This document shows positions 1 through 11,930 of a stretch of DNA of 64,000 bases, piece after piece (the first letter of the stretch is position 1; the number at the start of each line of letters is the position of its first letter). This DNA is from Lytechinus pictus. Taxonomy: Eukaryota. The notes under the pieces are model-generated. The model ran no database searches. It was not told the DNA's origin and was given only the letters and a program-made list of their open reading frames with translations. The stretch is from contig NC_087251.1 of the NCBI RefSeq assembly GCF_037042905.1, positions 31,002,001 through 31,066,000 of the forward strand, written 5' to 3'. Both the position numbers and the translations under genes were made by a program.

Positions 1-390
1 TCAGTGTGTGATTAGATAGTAGTGCATACAATTGCCTTGCCTAAGGTGCTGTGGCTTGGCATTGAACAATGGACCCCGAACCCAGAGCATGAAATGTTCT
101 TCGAATGTTTCCATGGTGGATAACGTAATCATAGTCTTTCTAATGACTGTTTGTATTCTTTCTTGAAAGGAGAGGAATATTAGTTCTTCAGAGGTCCAAA
201 ACTGATGAAGGAATGCAATCAAATTAAAGTTCTCTAAGCATTTTATTTCTTGTCTTCTCTCATCAGAATAATCAACAGTCCTAAAGACACATTACATGGT
301 GTCACAATTAAATCATAACATAAAAGAGTTACAAAAGTGTTTTGTTATGAATGCATACCTTAAAACATAAAAATAATAAAACCCAACCCG

Positions 391-1888
391 TTTTTGTTTC
401 ACCTGCACAGCAGAGCGAGACTATAGGCGCCGCTTTTCCGACGGCGGCGGCGTCAACATCAAATCTTAACCTAAGGATAAGTTTTTGAAATGACATCATA
501 ACTTAAAAATTATATGGACCTAGTTCCTGAAACTTGGACATAAGGTTAATCAAGTATTACTGAACATCCTGCCTGAGTTTCAGGTCACATGACTAAGGTC
601 AAAGGTCATTTAGGGTCAATGAACTTAGACCATGTTGGGAGAATTATTTTCAAAATCTTAACCGAAGGTTAAGTTTTTGAAATGACATCATAGCTTAGAA
701 AGTATATGGACCCAGTTCATGAAACTTAGGCATAAGGTTGATCAGGTATTAGTGAACATCCTGCTTGAGTTTCAGGTCACATGACCAAGGTCAAAGGTCA
801 TTTAGGGTCAATGAACTTTGGCCAAGTTGGAGGTATTTGTTGAATTACTATCATAACTTTGAAAATTTATGGATCTAGTTCATTAAACTGAAACATGAGA
901 TAAATCAAGTATTAGTGAACATCCTGCCTGAGTTTCAGGTCACATGACCAAGATCAAAGGTCATTTAGGGTCAATGAACTTTGGCCATGTTGGGGGTATT
1001 TGTTGAATTACTATCATAACTTTGAAAATTTATGGATCTAGTTCATGAAACTTGGACATAAGGTTAATCAAGTATTAGTGAACATCCTGCCTGAGTTTCA
1101 GGTCACATGACCAAGATCAAAGGTCATTTAGGGTCAATGAACTTTGGCCAAGTTGGAGGTATTTGTTGAATTACTATCATAACTTTGAAAATTTATGGAT
1201 CTAGTTCTCGAAACTTGGACATTAGGTTAATCAAGTATCACTGAATATCCTGTGTGAGTTTCAGGACCATGGTCGATGGTCATTTAAGGTCAATGAACTT
1301 TGGCCGTGTTGGGGGTATTTGTTAAATTACCATCCTAACTCTGAAAGTTTATGGATCTAGTTCATAAAACTTGGACTTAAGAGTAATCAAGTATCACTGA
1401 ACATCCTGTACGAGTTTCAGGTCACATGACCATGGTCAAAGGTCATTTAAGGCCAATGAACTTTGGCCGTGTTGGGGGTATTTGTTGAATTACCATCCTA
1501 ACTCTGAAAGTTTCTGGATCTAGTTCATAAAACTTGGGATATAAGAATAATCAAGTATCACTGAACATCCCCTGTGAGTTTCAGGTCACAAAACCAAGTT
1601 CAAAGGTCAGTTAAGGTCAATAAACTTAGGCCATGTTGGGGTAGTTGTTGAATTGCCATCATAACTTTGAAAATTTATGGATAGAGTGAAAGAAATGTGG
1701 ACATGGGTGTAGTTGACAAGTCTTAAGTCACCGTTCAAGTGTCATTTATGGTCAATGAACGTGATATTATGTCATTATATGAATGGTGTTTTTGTGAATG
1801 ATTATTTTATAGTAGTTTTCAAAGTTAGCATTGCTGCTATATTAAATCGCGTAATGCAGACGAGACTGCCAGAGGCGTTCCACTTGTT
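391..1888 (+). mobile_element. Non-autonomous Helentron/HINE (DINE-1-like) element with internal tandem array
   Basis: T-run start, sub-terminal inverted repeat gtttcacctgca (396) / tgcagacgagac (1855), (CGG)n microsatellite, about 8 tandem units of ~163-190 bp (aaacttggacataagg...ggtcaaaggtca), 3' end cacttgtt. No TSD seen. Confidence 0.7.
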
Positions 1889-1950
1889 ACTAGATTCAGT
1901 TTAGGAGTGTTTTTAAAGTAATTGTCTTTGTTTACCTCACCAACCTTTAG

Positions 1951-2126
1951 ACTTGTAAAGCCAAGCAAGAAGTCAAGCTCGAGGCACAGTTCCACCAAAG
2001 AAACCTCCACAATATCAAAGGAAGAAGAAGCAGAGGCAGAAGGGCTAACCCAGCTGGTTCCCGAGATACAGAGGACAGTTGAGATGGTCAAGAAACTCAC
2101 CAGCAAGATACTAGCACAGAGACAGG
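1951..2126 (+). CDS. BIRC6: BIRC6/BRUCE internal exon (gene is 5'-truncated by the window edge)
   Basis: tttag acceptor at 1949-1950 and gt donor at 2127. EAEGLTQLVPEIQRTVEMV resembles the BIRC6 pre-UBC segment as I recall it. Phase joins the next exon. Confidence 0.8.
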
Positions 2127-2179
2127 GTGTGTACTGATCATATTTGGATTGGATGGGCATTTAGAGCAGCATGTTAGCT

Positions 2180-2480
2180 GCTGGATAGTGCGGGATAGTG
2201 CGAGGTCTGGAATTATCTAGAATTATCTAGAATTTAGATCAAATATAGCATTCAGGGCAACTCAGTAACATGGGGGGGTTGTTGTATAAAACAAACAATG
2301 CACGCATTCTAGTGCATAGAGGACCTAAATAATGAAATTTGTGCGAGAAGAGCCAATGGATGGATATACCGCGCTCGGTCCTGCGGACCTCGGTGTGGTA
2401 TATCCATCCATTGGCTCTTCTCGCACAAATTTTATTTTTTGGCCCTGCATGCACACGCTTACGTGCATTATTTGTATAAA
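2180..2480 (+). repeat. Dispersed hairpin-type repeat, inverted copy of 15196-15471
   Basis: Long near-identical reverse-complement matches, e.g. aatgcacgcattctagtgcatagaggacctaaataatgaa, plus an internal palindrome. Confidence 0.85.
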
Positions 2481-2600
2481 ATCTAGTGTTTGTAGGTGAG
2501 CTGAATGATCTTTGAAGGTGCTGGTGCATCTGTAATTGGTTCATCTAATTCTGATTGATCTAAGAACCAGTCTATCTTCTATTATATTGAATGTTTGTAG

Positions 2601-2720
2601 GTGAGCTGAATGATCTTGGAGGTGCTGGTGCATCTGCAAGTGGATTATCCAATTCTAATGGATCTAAGAACCAATCTGCTGATCAGAGATATATCGCTGT
2701 CATGACTGATCTACAGTTTG
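2601..2720 (+). CDS. BIRC6: BIRC6 exon
   Basis: tgtag acceptor, gtgagt donor. Ends RYIAVMTDLQF and joins in phase 1 to DTFQMV. Confidence 0.85.
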
Positions 2721-3159
2721 GTGAGTTCATTTACTTTCTTTCTTATTGTTCCTGTAAAACAAAATTGTGTAGCTCCCTTTTCTGTTTGATTAAAGCCTGC
2801 ATAAAGCTTTGGTAAAGTCAGTAATGTGAACTACATGTATTTTCAAGTATCACGATTATCTAACATTCAAATCATGCAAACTAAAATCCATTCAGTTATT
2901 TTCTTCTGTTGTTTCTTAATGAAAATTTTAATTTTGATTCTAAGTATTGGATCTGTAGTATCCATCTCGGCAATGTTTTTATTTTAAGGACCCTTTGACC
3001 ACGTATCCTACAAATAGTTGTTTTTTCTAGTTCGTATGAAAGGTTGTAAAATGTTTATGGATAAAGTGGTTTATGTATTGAATTAAGAATGGAGAGAAAT
3101 GGGGGATTATTATCATTGCATCACCCTTATATGAATGTTATTTTGATGTTGTTGTTCAG

Positions 3160-3377
3160 ACACTTTCCAAATGGTGACGGAAGACTGTAAGGGTAAGATC
3201 CAGTTTGCTGTCCCACATCACTACGCATCCAATGCCAAGTCAGTTGGGAATGTAACCAATGCAGCAAGGGCAAGGAGATTAGCTCAAGAGGCAGTAACAC
3301 TCTCAACATCCCTGCCTCTATCTGCTTCATCCAGTGTCTTTGTTCGATGTGATGAGGATAGACTGGATGTGATGAAG
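3160..3377 (+). CDS. BIRC6: BIRC6 exon, start of UBC domain
   Basis: AARARRLAQEAVTLSTSLPLSASSSVFVRCDEDRLDVMK is diagnostic of BIRC6. ag/gtaag boundaries. Confidence 0.95.
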
Positions 3378-3499
3378 GTAAGCATGTACCTTGAACAGAT
3401 AGCACTGATGTCACTAGGTGGGACTATTAGTGGCTGTACATCCATAATCCATTATGAATAGGTTATTGCAGAGGTCTCTATACCCCCAAGAAAAAGACA

Positions 3500-3710
3500 T
3501 GATTATAATGATGATGGTGAAGATGATGATGATTAGGATGATGATGAGAATGATAGTGATATAAATATTTATGGTGATGAGGATGATGGCGATAATAATA
3601 TTTATGATGATGATGATGGTGATGACTATGGTAATGATGATGATTATGATGATGATGATCATCATCATGATACTGATGATAATGGTGATGATGATGATGA
3701 TTAAGATGAT
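3500..3710. repeat. Degenerate (ATG/ATA)n microsatellite
   Basis: gatgatgat and ataata runs in a BIRC6 intron. Confidence 0.9.
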
Positions 3711-3915
3711 AGAAAAAAAAAATGAATAAATGAATGAATAATAACAATTTATCTTTAAAAATGGGTGTCTGATTGTCTCGTTTGTTTATCCTTTCTTTGA
3801 TGGAAACATGCCTTGAACTCATTAAAAGTCTATCATTCTTATTTCACATAAGAGACATGAAGAAACTTGACAGCATTACCAGAGTACGAATTCATTTATT
3901 TCATATTTCCTCTAG

Positions 3916-4077
3916 GTTCTCATTACTGGTCCTTCTGAGACACCATACTCCAATGGATGCTTTGAGTTTGATATCTATTTCCCTGCTGATTACCCTAACT
4001 CACCCATGCTTGTCAACCTAGAGACTACAGGACAACACTCAGTACGCTTCAATCCAAACCTCTACAATGATGGCAAG
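3916..4077 (+). CDS. BIRC6: BIRC6 exon (UBC)
   Basis: [54 protein letters not shown]. ctag/gtgag boundaries, 162 nt. Confidence 0.95.
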
Positions 4078-4443
4078 GTGAGCTCTCTAGAGGCTTCTTC
4101 TGAATTGATGTGATAACATTTTATTGACCTTTGTGCATCCCTCATATTTTATATGCATTGATTTTTTGGAATAGGAAGGAAGATGATCATTATTTGTTGA
4201 ATATACCAAATTTCATATCTTTAGATTTGAGGAGATCATTTTTGGTGTGTGTTTTGAAAGTAATTTGAATTTGCATATGAGTAAACTACACACAGTATAA
4301 AGAACTTGCATCAAGAAACCCTCAGCTGAATAGCTTATTAAATAATACTGAATTGTTAAAAGTGTAGAAGGTATTGTTTGACTTGTAGCCATGAAAATGG
4401 ACTGAGTTTTCTTTATCAATGTTATGTTTTGGTTTGTTAATAG

Positions 4444-4521
4444 GTATGTTTAAGTGTTCTCAATACATGGCATGGTAGACCAGAAGAGAAATGGAACTCA
4501 CAGACATCCAGCTTTCTACAG
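4444..4521 (+). CDS. BIRC6: BIRC6 exon containing the E2 catalytic Cys (TGT 4447-4449)
   Basis: VCLSVLNTWHGRPEEKWNSQTSSFLQ. tag/gtatg boundaries, 78 nt. Confidence 0.95.
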
Positions 4522-4945
4522 GTATGTTCATAATCATAAAAAAAGTATGTTTAATTTGAATATAATTCATGTCAATCCTACATTGATAATGTAATTTCGG
4601 AAAGAACATTATATCAATTTGGTTACTTTGACAATGATGGCCCAAATCACAGATCCCACCTCATTTTTCTCTAAGCATACAAACACACTGATGTTGTTCC
4701 CCTTTTATATTTTAATGAAGCAAGCATATGTGGCAGGTATGTTATCTAAGTTTATATTCATAGATTACGCATGGTTTAAAATTCTTTTACAAATCTGGCT
4801 AATGTTCCTATGATTGTGCAATTTATAGCGAAATACATTGCTGGTAATCAAAAGTTGATGAAATACGATTTCTTGTTTTAATTTATTATTTGTTGCAGCA
4901 CTATATTTACAGATTTCTAATCGAAATTTTATTTGAACTTGACAG

Positions 4946-5134
4946 GTTTTGGTCTCCATCCAATCCCTCATCCTTGTTTCTGAACCGTACTTCAACGAGC
5001 CAGGTTACGAGAGATCCCGGGGCACCCAGGCTGGTACCTGGAGCTCAAGGGAATATGATGCTAACATCATGCAAGCTACTGTTGAGTGGGGCATGCTAGA
5101 CATGGTTAGGAACCCACCACCAGTCTTCAAAGAT
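4946..5134 (+). CDS. BIRC6: BIRC6 exon (UBC)
   Basis: [27 protein letters not shown]...[10 protein letters not shown]. cag/gtaagt boundaries. Confidence 0.95.
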
Positions 5135-5145
5135 GTAAGTCACTA

Positions 5146-5405
5146 AGGCCCTGTCACATCGCTCCGTGCAAGCCTTGCGGGTGAGTTGCAGGTGATTGCT
5201 CGCAAATCACCTGCAACAAAGTTTTGAGCATGTTCAGAACTTTTCTGCGTCCAAACCAGACTTGCGTGCGCTTTTGCGAGCAACTGCTTGTGAGATGCTT
5301 TTGAGATACTGTAAATGCGGGTGACCTGCGGGCGACATGCAGGGCGCAAAAATAGTTACCTGCAAGTCACCATCAAGGTTTGCACAGAACGATGTGACAG
5401 GGCCT
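5146..5405. mobile_element. MITE
   Basis: TIR AGGCCCTGTCACATCG / CGATGTGACAGGGCCT. TSD unclear. Lies about 11 bp downstream of a BIRC6 donor. Confidence 0.75.
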
Positions 5406-5625
5406 TCAGGGTTGAGTAAATTATGGTGGCAGTTACCAGTATGATGCCAGAAATTCATTGGGTCATGAAGGTTTTCTTTAATACTTTATATTAGGAAGTG
5501 ATTTTTTTTTTAATGGTGGCTCCATTTTCATTGAAAGTTCAATTCACATTGATACAGGTATCTTTGCCTAAGTCAACCTTCCATTAGTTGAATTATTGCC
5601 TTAGGCAGAGCAAATTTTAGACCAG

Positions 5626-5836
5626 GGTGGTGTTTCACAAAGATTTAAGTATGACTTAAGTTGCACTTAAATACTGAATTGCGTACGGTATGAAAGGCTT
5701 GACCACATTGGTCAGATTGTGTTACGAGGACGCGCACTACTCTGTATCTATCAATAAGATCGCGCGTTGCATATCATGTACGCGTCGGCATTTAAGCGTG
5801 ACTTAAGTCATTCTTAAGTCTTTGTGAAACGCCCCC
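5626..5836. mobile_element. PIF/Harbinger-like MITE
   Basis: TIR GGTGGTGTTTCACAAAGATTTAAG / CTTAAGTCTTTGTGAAACGCCCCC, flanked by CAG on both sides. Confidence 0.75.
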
Positions 5837-6018
5837 CAGATTATACAAATTGTGTTTTATGTACCTCTTCTAAGTTGAATTTCACCTAAGTCAAACAGTC
5901 TGGTCCCAATAGATTTGTTTTACCTGTATCAGTATTGTTTGTAATGTACAAGTCTATCAGAGGTTCACTATAGATAAGATCTCGAGAAATGAATTGATGT
6001 TGCATTATATTTTGTCAG

Positions 6019-6153
6019 GTTGTCCAAGCACATTTCTACCTGAAGAGAGCGGAAGTGATGGCACAGTGTGAGGAATGGATTGCATTGGTTGGTCAGTACT
6101 GCAACGATAAGAGGGTCGGTAGGAGTATGCTACATCACTGGAAGAATCTCAAG
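6019..6153 (+). CDS. BIRC6: BIRC6 penultimate coding exon
   Basis: VVQAHFYLKRAEVMAQCEEWI...DKRVGRSMLHHWKNLK. cag/gtggg boundaries. Confidence 0.92.
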
Positions 6154-6464
6154 GTGGGTATTATACAGAGACGCCAAGGTCAAAGGCTAATTACCATTCA
6201 CTCATTATGTGCTTCAAGGGTGGTAAAGAGTGCTGTTAGGTGTCCAGTTCAGTATCAGCCCTATCATCACGAGGACTGCAGAGTATCTTTGGATATTTGA
6301 TTATCTCCGGCTGTTGAAGCCAAGATATATATTGATGTATTGTCTCCAATTGAATGCATTTCAAACATTGTAGCATAGGTATTTTGGCAATAATCAGGTG
6401 ATATCGATAGTATTGATCACTTTTGATACAGCTGTCTGTGCAAATTACAAAAATGATCAGTTAC

Positions 6465-6830
6465 GTGGTAAATTGCCAATTCGTCTACTGCCAACTCGTC
6501 CACTCACCTCATGGTCTACTTTCATTTCGTCTAATAACCATTTGGTCCAATTATCACTTTCTAATCACCATTTCATCTGTGACCATTTCGTCTCATAACC
6601 AGTGGGTCTAATGTCCATTTCATTTTCATTCATTTTGCACAATTAACACTTTAGTCCAATTAGACCAAATGGTATATGGACTAAATGGCTATTGGACCAA
6701 CTGGCAATTAGACGGAATGGCATTATGCTCAATGAAGGTAGACCATGAGGTGAGTGGAGGAATTGATGGTAGACCAAATGACAGTAGACGAGTTGGCAAT
6801 TGGACAAATTGGCATTAGACGAATCGGAAA
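6465..6830. repeat. Foldback repeat built from ~15-bp subrepeats; a related degraded copy lies at ~17380-17650
   Basis: ttgccaattcgtctactgccaactcgtc in the left arm versus cagtagacgagttggcaattgg in the right arm. Repeated tagacca/tggtcta motifs. Confidence 0.65.
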
Positions 6831-6890
6831 TATAGCAGTTAAGTTGATGTAAGCTACCAGCATAACATCCTAATTTTTTTTATTCAACAG

Positions 6891-7208
6891 AAACATACAG
6901 CCAAGCTAAGAGAAGAACTCAACAAGCTCCAACCCCCAGAATTCCTTAAGGAACAACTAGAGAGCGAGAGCGAGCCCTTACCTCCTCTCTCATCGGAGGC
7001 TACCAACGATGTCAGTTGTGCCTCGGTCTCTGAAGATGCAGATAAGAGCAGTGAGAACGATGCAGAACACAGTGGATCATCGTCATCATCGCAGGAAATC
7101 ACAACAGCAGAGACGTCGACAGCGGACAGTCAGATAACCGAACCAACGTATATGTTTGGTATGTCTCTTGAAGAAGCCGTTGTCTATGACCCTGTCCTGT
7201 TTGAATGA
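6891..7208 (+). CDS. BIRC6: BIRC6 terminal coding exon
   Basis: caacag acceptor. KHTAKLREELNKLQPPE is followed by an acidic/Ser-rich tail, open to TGA at 7206-7208. Confidence 0.9.
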   Translation, partial: KHTAKLREELNKLQPPEFLKEQLESESEPLPPLSSEATNDVSCASVSEDADKSSENDAEHSGSSSSSQEITTAETSTADSQITEPTYMFGMSLEEAVVYDPVLFE

Positions 7209-10200
7209 AGGGAGTCTGAAGGATACAAGGGAAGCTTTTCATGAAACAAAAAGGTGGTGGTTTTCACTGAATGATGTTATAAGCTACTGTAAATCCTTGC
7301 ATCTGATTGGCTGAGAGCAAATTAATCTGTGAAAAAACTTTCATCAAATGCTTTCCCAGGATTATCAGTAATTTGCTTAGTTAAATCTTCATGTAATTAT
7401 TCACATCTTCACCAAACCCACTAAAATGCAGTCATGGAAATTGTGACACAAAACTTAGAATTCAAAGGTGTATTATTTCATTGATAAGTCATTATGGAAT
7501 TACTGAGAATTTATACAGTGATAATTTTAGTCTTTGATATATGCTAATGTTACATTTGTTATTTTGGAGGTCATGAGAAACATGAGTGCCCATAGTGTCC
7601 CAGAAAAAACATTGGATTGTAAGCACTTAATTTGTATATGATGTTGATGATGATGGTCATATGTGCGATATGTGTGGAATTCATCTATTAGTTTCCTTAT
7701 AATGTGCAAGCAAGTGGATGGATTGTTCCTATTTAAGTATTATCACAGTAAAATTCCTCCCAGTTATACTTATTAATACTGTTATTACCCGTCCCATGAA
7801 AAATTATCCTAGAATTTAATGATAGTGTTAGATTGAGTTACTTAATGTCCATATATATTATTACTAGTCTTGACGTTCAGAGTATGTAAAATTATATTTT
7901 GTCTGAAACAATGCCACAGTAAGTTGATTCAGGTTCTCTAGATTGGTTTCTATAGGTTGGTTATTACTTTGTGAAGATATGACTTGTTGGTGTATCTGTC
8001 TTTCACTACTACTATTTACTATTGTTTTTAAAAGTATGCAAAAAATGGTGATATATAGATTTTGTGTATAAATAAGATTCATCCTAGTTCCTGCTTTAGT
8101 TTAAATTCATTGCGTTGTTCATATAAAAATGACTTATAATAAATCACACAGCTGCTTTATCTTAACTATTTTGTCTATCTGTTTTAACATATGTAGTCCT
8201 TGTCATATGAAAAAAAATATATATTGTGATATTAAAACTGGCACTCTAGTTTAAAAGTAAACAGACAAAATAATTGTGCAAAGTAACACATGCTGTACTC
8301 GTTTGTTTTGTTTTTGTTGATATTGAAAAGCAAGTCTTTATGTCAAAGCTTAGAAAAATATAGCTCAATATTTTTTTTTACTATCTCTATAGATATAATG
8401 TTATTTTGTGTTATCTCACCAGGAACTTACGTTGAAAAGACATTTAGTTTGCAGCACAAGTTTTACTTCAGAGTTATGTAAATCAAGTTTTGTGCATGGT
8501 TTAATGTTCCCTGATTTTAGTTTATATCGATGTATTTTTTTTGCGTTTCCTTTTAAAGCTATTCTTTGTGTAAAAAAAATTACCATCTCTAGTGAATGAG
8601 GACATGCAATGACAGATATTTTACTTCATTTTATAATTGCTTTTTATTTTGATTTCCAGTGTGAGTGACATCTTCCAAAATTTGTCATATTCTTAGGAAG
8701 TTATTTTATGAACATGAATTGATTTATTTCAAGTTTTAGACTGTTTTAGCAGCTGCAGTGTACAGAAACCATGATTCATGTTGATCAATGACCATTGTTA
8801 CCATTCATTTGTGTGATGATAAGTCGTGAATATTTATGAAAATGATTTACCATAAAAGGAAAAAACAAAAAGTGCAGTACTCAGTTAGCATATCATTTGC
8901 ATACCATCGCCTTGTATATAAATGGGCCTGACTTTCATTCTTCAGAAATGACTGTAAATACACAAATGTGACTCGTATTTTGATTTTTCCCTTTTTTTTC
9001 CATTTGATTTCTCCCTATTCATTTGGCAATGAAAGTACAGAAAAGCTTTACATTAAACGGAATAAAAAGCTGTCTTTTGATAAGTTAACAAGCATCATAA
9101 TTGTGTTTTACATGTGTAGGACAGTGACACTTCTTTTCTTACGATGCATTTGTTTAAGTTTTTCTTTGTCATTACCATGAATGATTTATAAAATATGATT
9201 ACAACTAGTCAGCAATGTCGCCACGACGGTGGTCGAAATTGTTGAAATCTTCCACCACTCAAAATTTCTGATCGACACTTTTTACAATATCACACCCGCC
9301 TACCCGGCACCAATTTCCCTACTTAAAATGAGTAAATGATATTTTCATTGTCCTGGGAACAGAGTAGTATCCATCCCCTATATCCCTGGTGGCACGGCGG
9401 TGTTGGGCGGTAAGATGTCCACTCGTAAAAATTCCTTGGTGACAAACCTGCTAGTCAATAAATATCAGCCATTGAATTCAGTTGCAATATTCAGATCATT
9501 ATTTGAAGAATATTCTCCGAAAATTTATAAATATATAAGGAAATACATGTAGAATGTGTCATGATTATGCACTAAAGAGGGGGATAATATAAAAATAAAT
9601 GAAAGATGGTTTATGTGAACAATTTCGATGTGAAATATTGGCTGTTTTGTATTGAATATTTATTTTTATTTGTTCTGTTATATTTTCAATATGTTATAGT
9701 GATAGATGGAGAATGAAATTGATAAATAGAGCTATGTATAAATTTAAACATAGATGTTAAGCATCTTAACAGCTATTATGGAAGTCAAAACCAGCATTGA
9801 ATTCATTGTTTGGATTTTGAGATTGCAAAGGAGGCACTTAATTTTTGTCAGTTTGACTGCAATATTTAGGCAGATTAAGTCAAGTTTGGCAAGTTGTGGT
9901 TTTGTCATGTGTTTTAATAAGGCACAAATTCATTGCCATATGAAACATTAATGGGGGACAAATGAATTATGATTAGATACATTGTCATGTACTTCAGATG
10001 ATAAATACTAAATTGTGGATATTCTTTGTAAAAAAGTGATATAGAATTTGACTGAATTGTATAGACTTAAGTTCTTTTGTATGATTCTAATTTATAAAGA
10101 GGTCTAAAGAAAACATATTTACAGCCATATATACATCTTTCAAGATATTTTTGACTCGCATCTTGATGTTAAGATGTGGATACTTTATAATGCTCTTTGT

Positions 10201-11347
10201 TTATCCAAGCCTTTTAGCAGAAGTAGCATGGGTGACTGGATAAATCCTTTACAACTTTTGTTTAGTTACTATCGAAGTGTTCTCACAAATGTTCTTAATA
10301 TCATCAAAACCTTTTGGATGTAAAACTTGCATGCTTTTTGCTTTCATTGTTCCAATAGTTATATCATTTGTATTTAGTTCATGATATGCCAAAGCTAAAG
10401 TGAAAGATACATATAGAAAAGTATTGACCTACTTTATGCTTTTAATTGAGAGAGTAGAATCTGTTAAGAGCATGTCTTATCAATTATGCAAAAATAGTTT
10501 ATTCTGTCTAACATTGCTAAATATGTCCTTTTTATGAATATATGCTGTAGATAATCTTGTGTATGTATTGTGGAATCTTATTTAAGAAATGTTATATGGC
10601 ATATCACATAAATACGATTCAATTCCTGTGAATCATATGTCAACATGAGAAAGATATTACTATAACTTGTGCAGGAATGTATGTAGAATGTTGTAGTGTA
10701 TATCGAAGAATGTGTGAAATATGTGAAGATGGATCGGGTTTAGGATCCAAATTATATCTTTTTCCTTTCTCGTCACGTGAGAATGAAATATGTATACTTA
10801 TTAACTGTTATGTACAGGCAGATAAATACAAAATTAAAAAGAAATTCTTAAGACATGCAATGAAGAATTGTTTTCAAACTTGTTTTTATTTTGAAGTATA
10901 AAAGTACAAATATAATTTTTAGCATCCTGATATACACATATAGATGAGTCTGAGCCAAATGTTTCATATATTTTCAATAATTTTGATATATTTTTCAACT
11001 TGCTAAGCTCCACCCCTTAGAAGAGAGCTCAGATACATCATGTATCATTTCCCCCGTGACATCAGAATCAAGTACATTTTACAGAAGGCAATGGTATGCA
11101 ACTTCCCACAGCTCAGCACATGCTAACAATAAAATACCATGCTCTTACACAATACCTTAACATTGCACCTTTTGTATTGAGACATAATGTGATCAGCTCT
11201 GGAAAAACTATATACCACTATCTCTGACAAGATGATGCCAGAGGAAAATGAGATGTGACATCTCTTTGTAAAGGGGTGGAGCTTAGCCATTTGAAATATA
11301 TTCTCTAAAAAGATTTTTTTTTTTAAATCTGGATACTTAAATAGTAT

Positions 11348-11930
11348 ACAAATATACAATGACACTTGAGGATCTGGCTAAAACTATTCGCATCGAAAGA
11401 ACATCACATAGTACTATTCTCCCGAGGGCCATCGGCCCGAGGGAGAATAGTACTATGTGATGTTCCTGAGTGCGAATAGTTTTAGCCTGTTCCGAGAATG
11501 GGTCATTGTATATTTGTTTTATATCCCTTCCACTCATACCATTTTACAGCGAAACGATTTTTAATAAGTCGATATAGAACAATTGTTGAGAAGTTGAGAA
11601 AATAATAGGTCTTGCTGTATGGATCTTCTGTTCAGCGAGCGCACCTGGTTAGTGCAGCTCGCCGAAAGTTTCCCGTGGCATGCAGTGGAGAGTACCGTCT
11701 GGCTGAGCAGCGCTCTGCTCGCATCGCGCCGCACAGCTCGCGAATCGCGAGGTAGGGGGGGGGGTCAAAAAAACGTATAGTTCACTTTTTCCCTAGGGAA
11801 AAAATGGACTATGCGTGACGCCAGCAAGGAAAATGAACTATTTTATGGCAAACGTTTATCGTAGTAAAACTATTCTTTTTCTCCTTGTGTACACCCTAAA
11901 TACAACAATCTTAAGTAAGGGATATAATAA
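11348..11930. repeat. Hairpin-type non-autonomous element
   Basis: ~170-bp imperfect hairpin at 11348-11517 centred on cccgagggccatcggcccgaggg, plus an IR pair tatatccctt / aagggatata. Confidence 0.65.

Noticed and set aside
530..1700. CRISPR-like regularly spaced repeats
   Set aside because: Whole ~163-bp units repeat with no unique spacers, there are no cas genes, and the context is eukaryotic.
3414..3822. Poly-Ile and poly-His ORFs
   Set aside because: Translations of an (ATG)n microsatellite on the antisense strand of a BIRC6 intron.
9203..9455. Small element with actag...ctagt ends
   Set aside because: Inverted match too imperfect and only one copy in the window.
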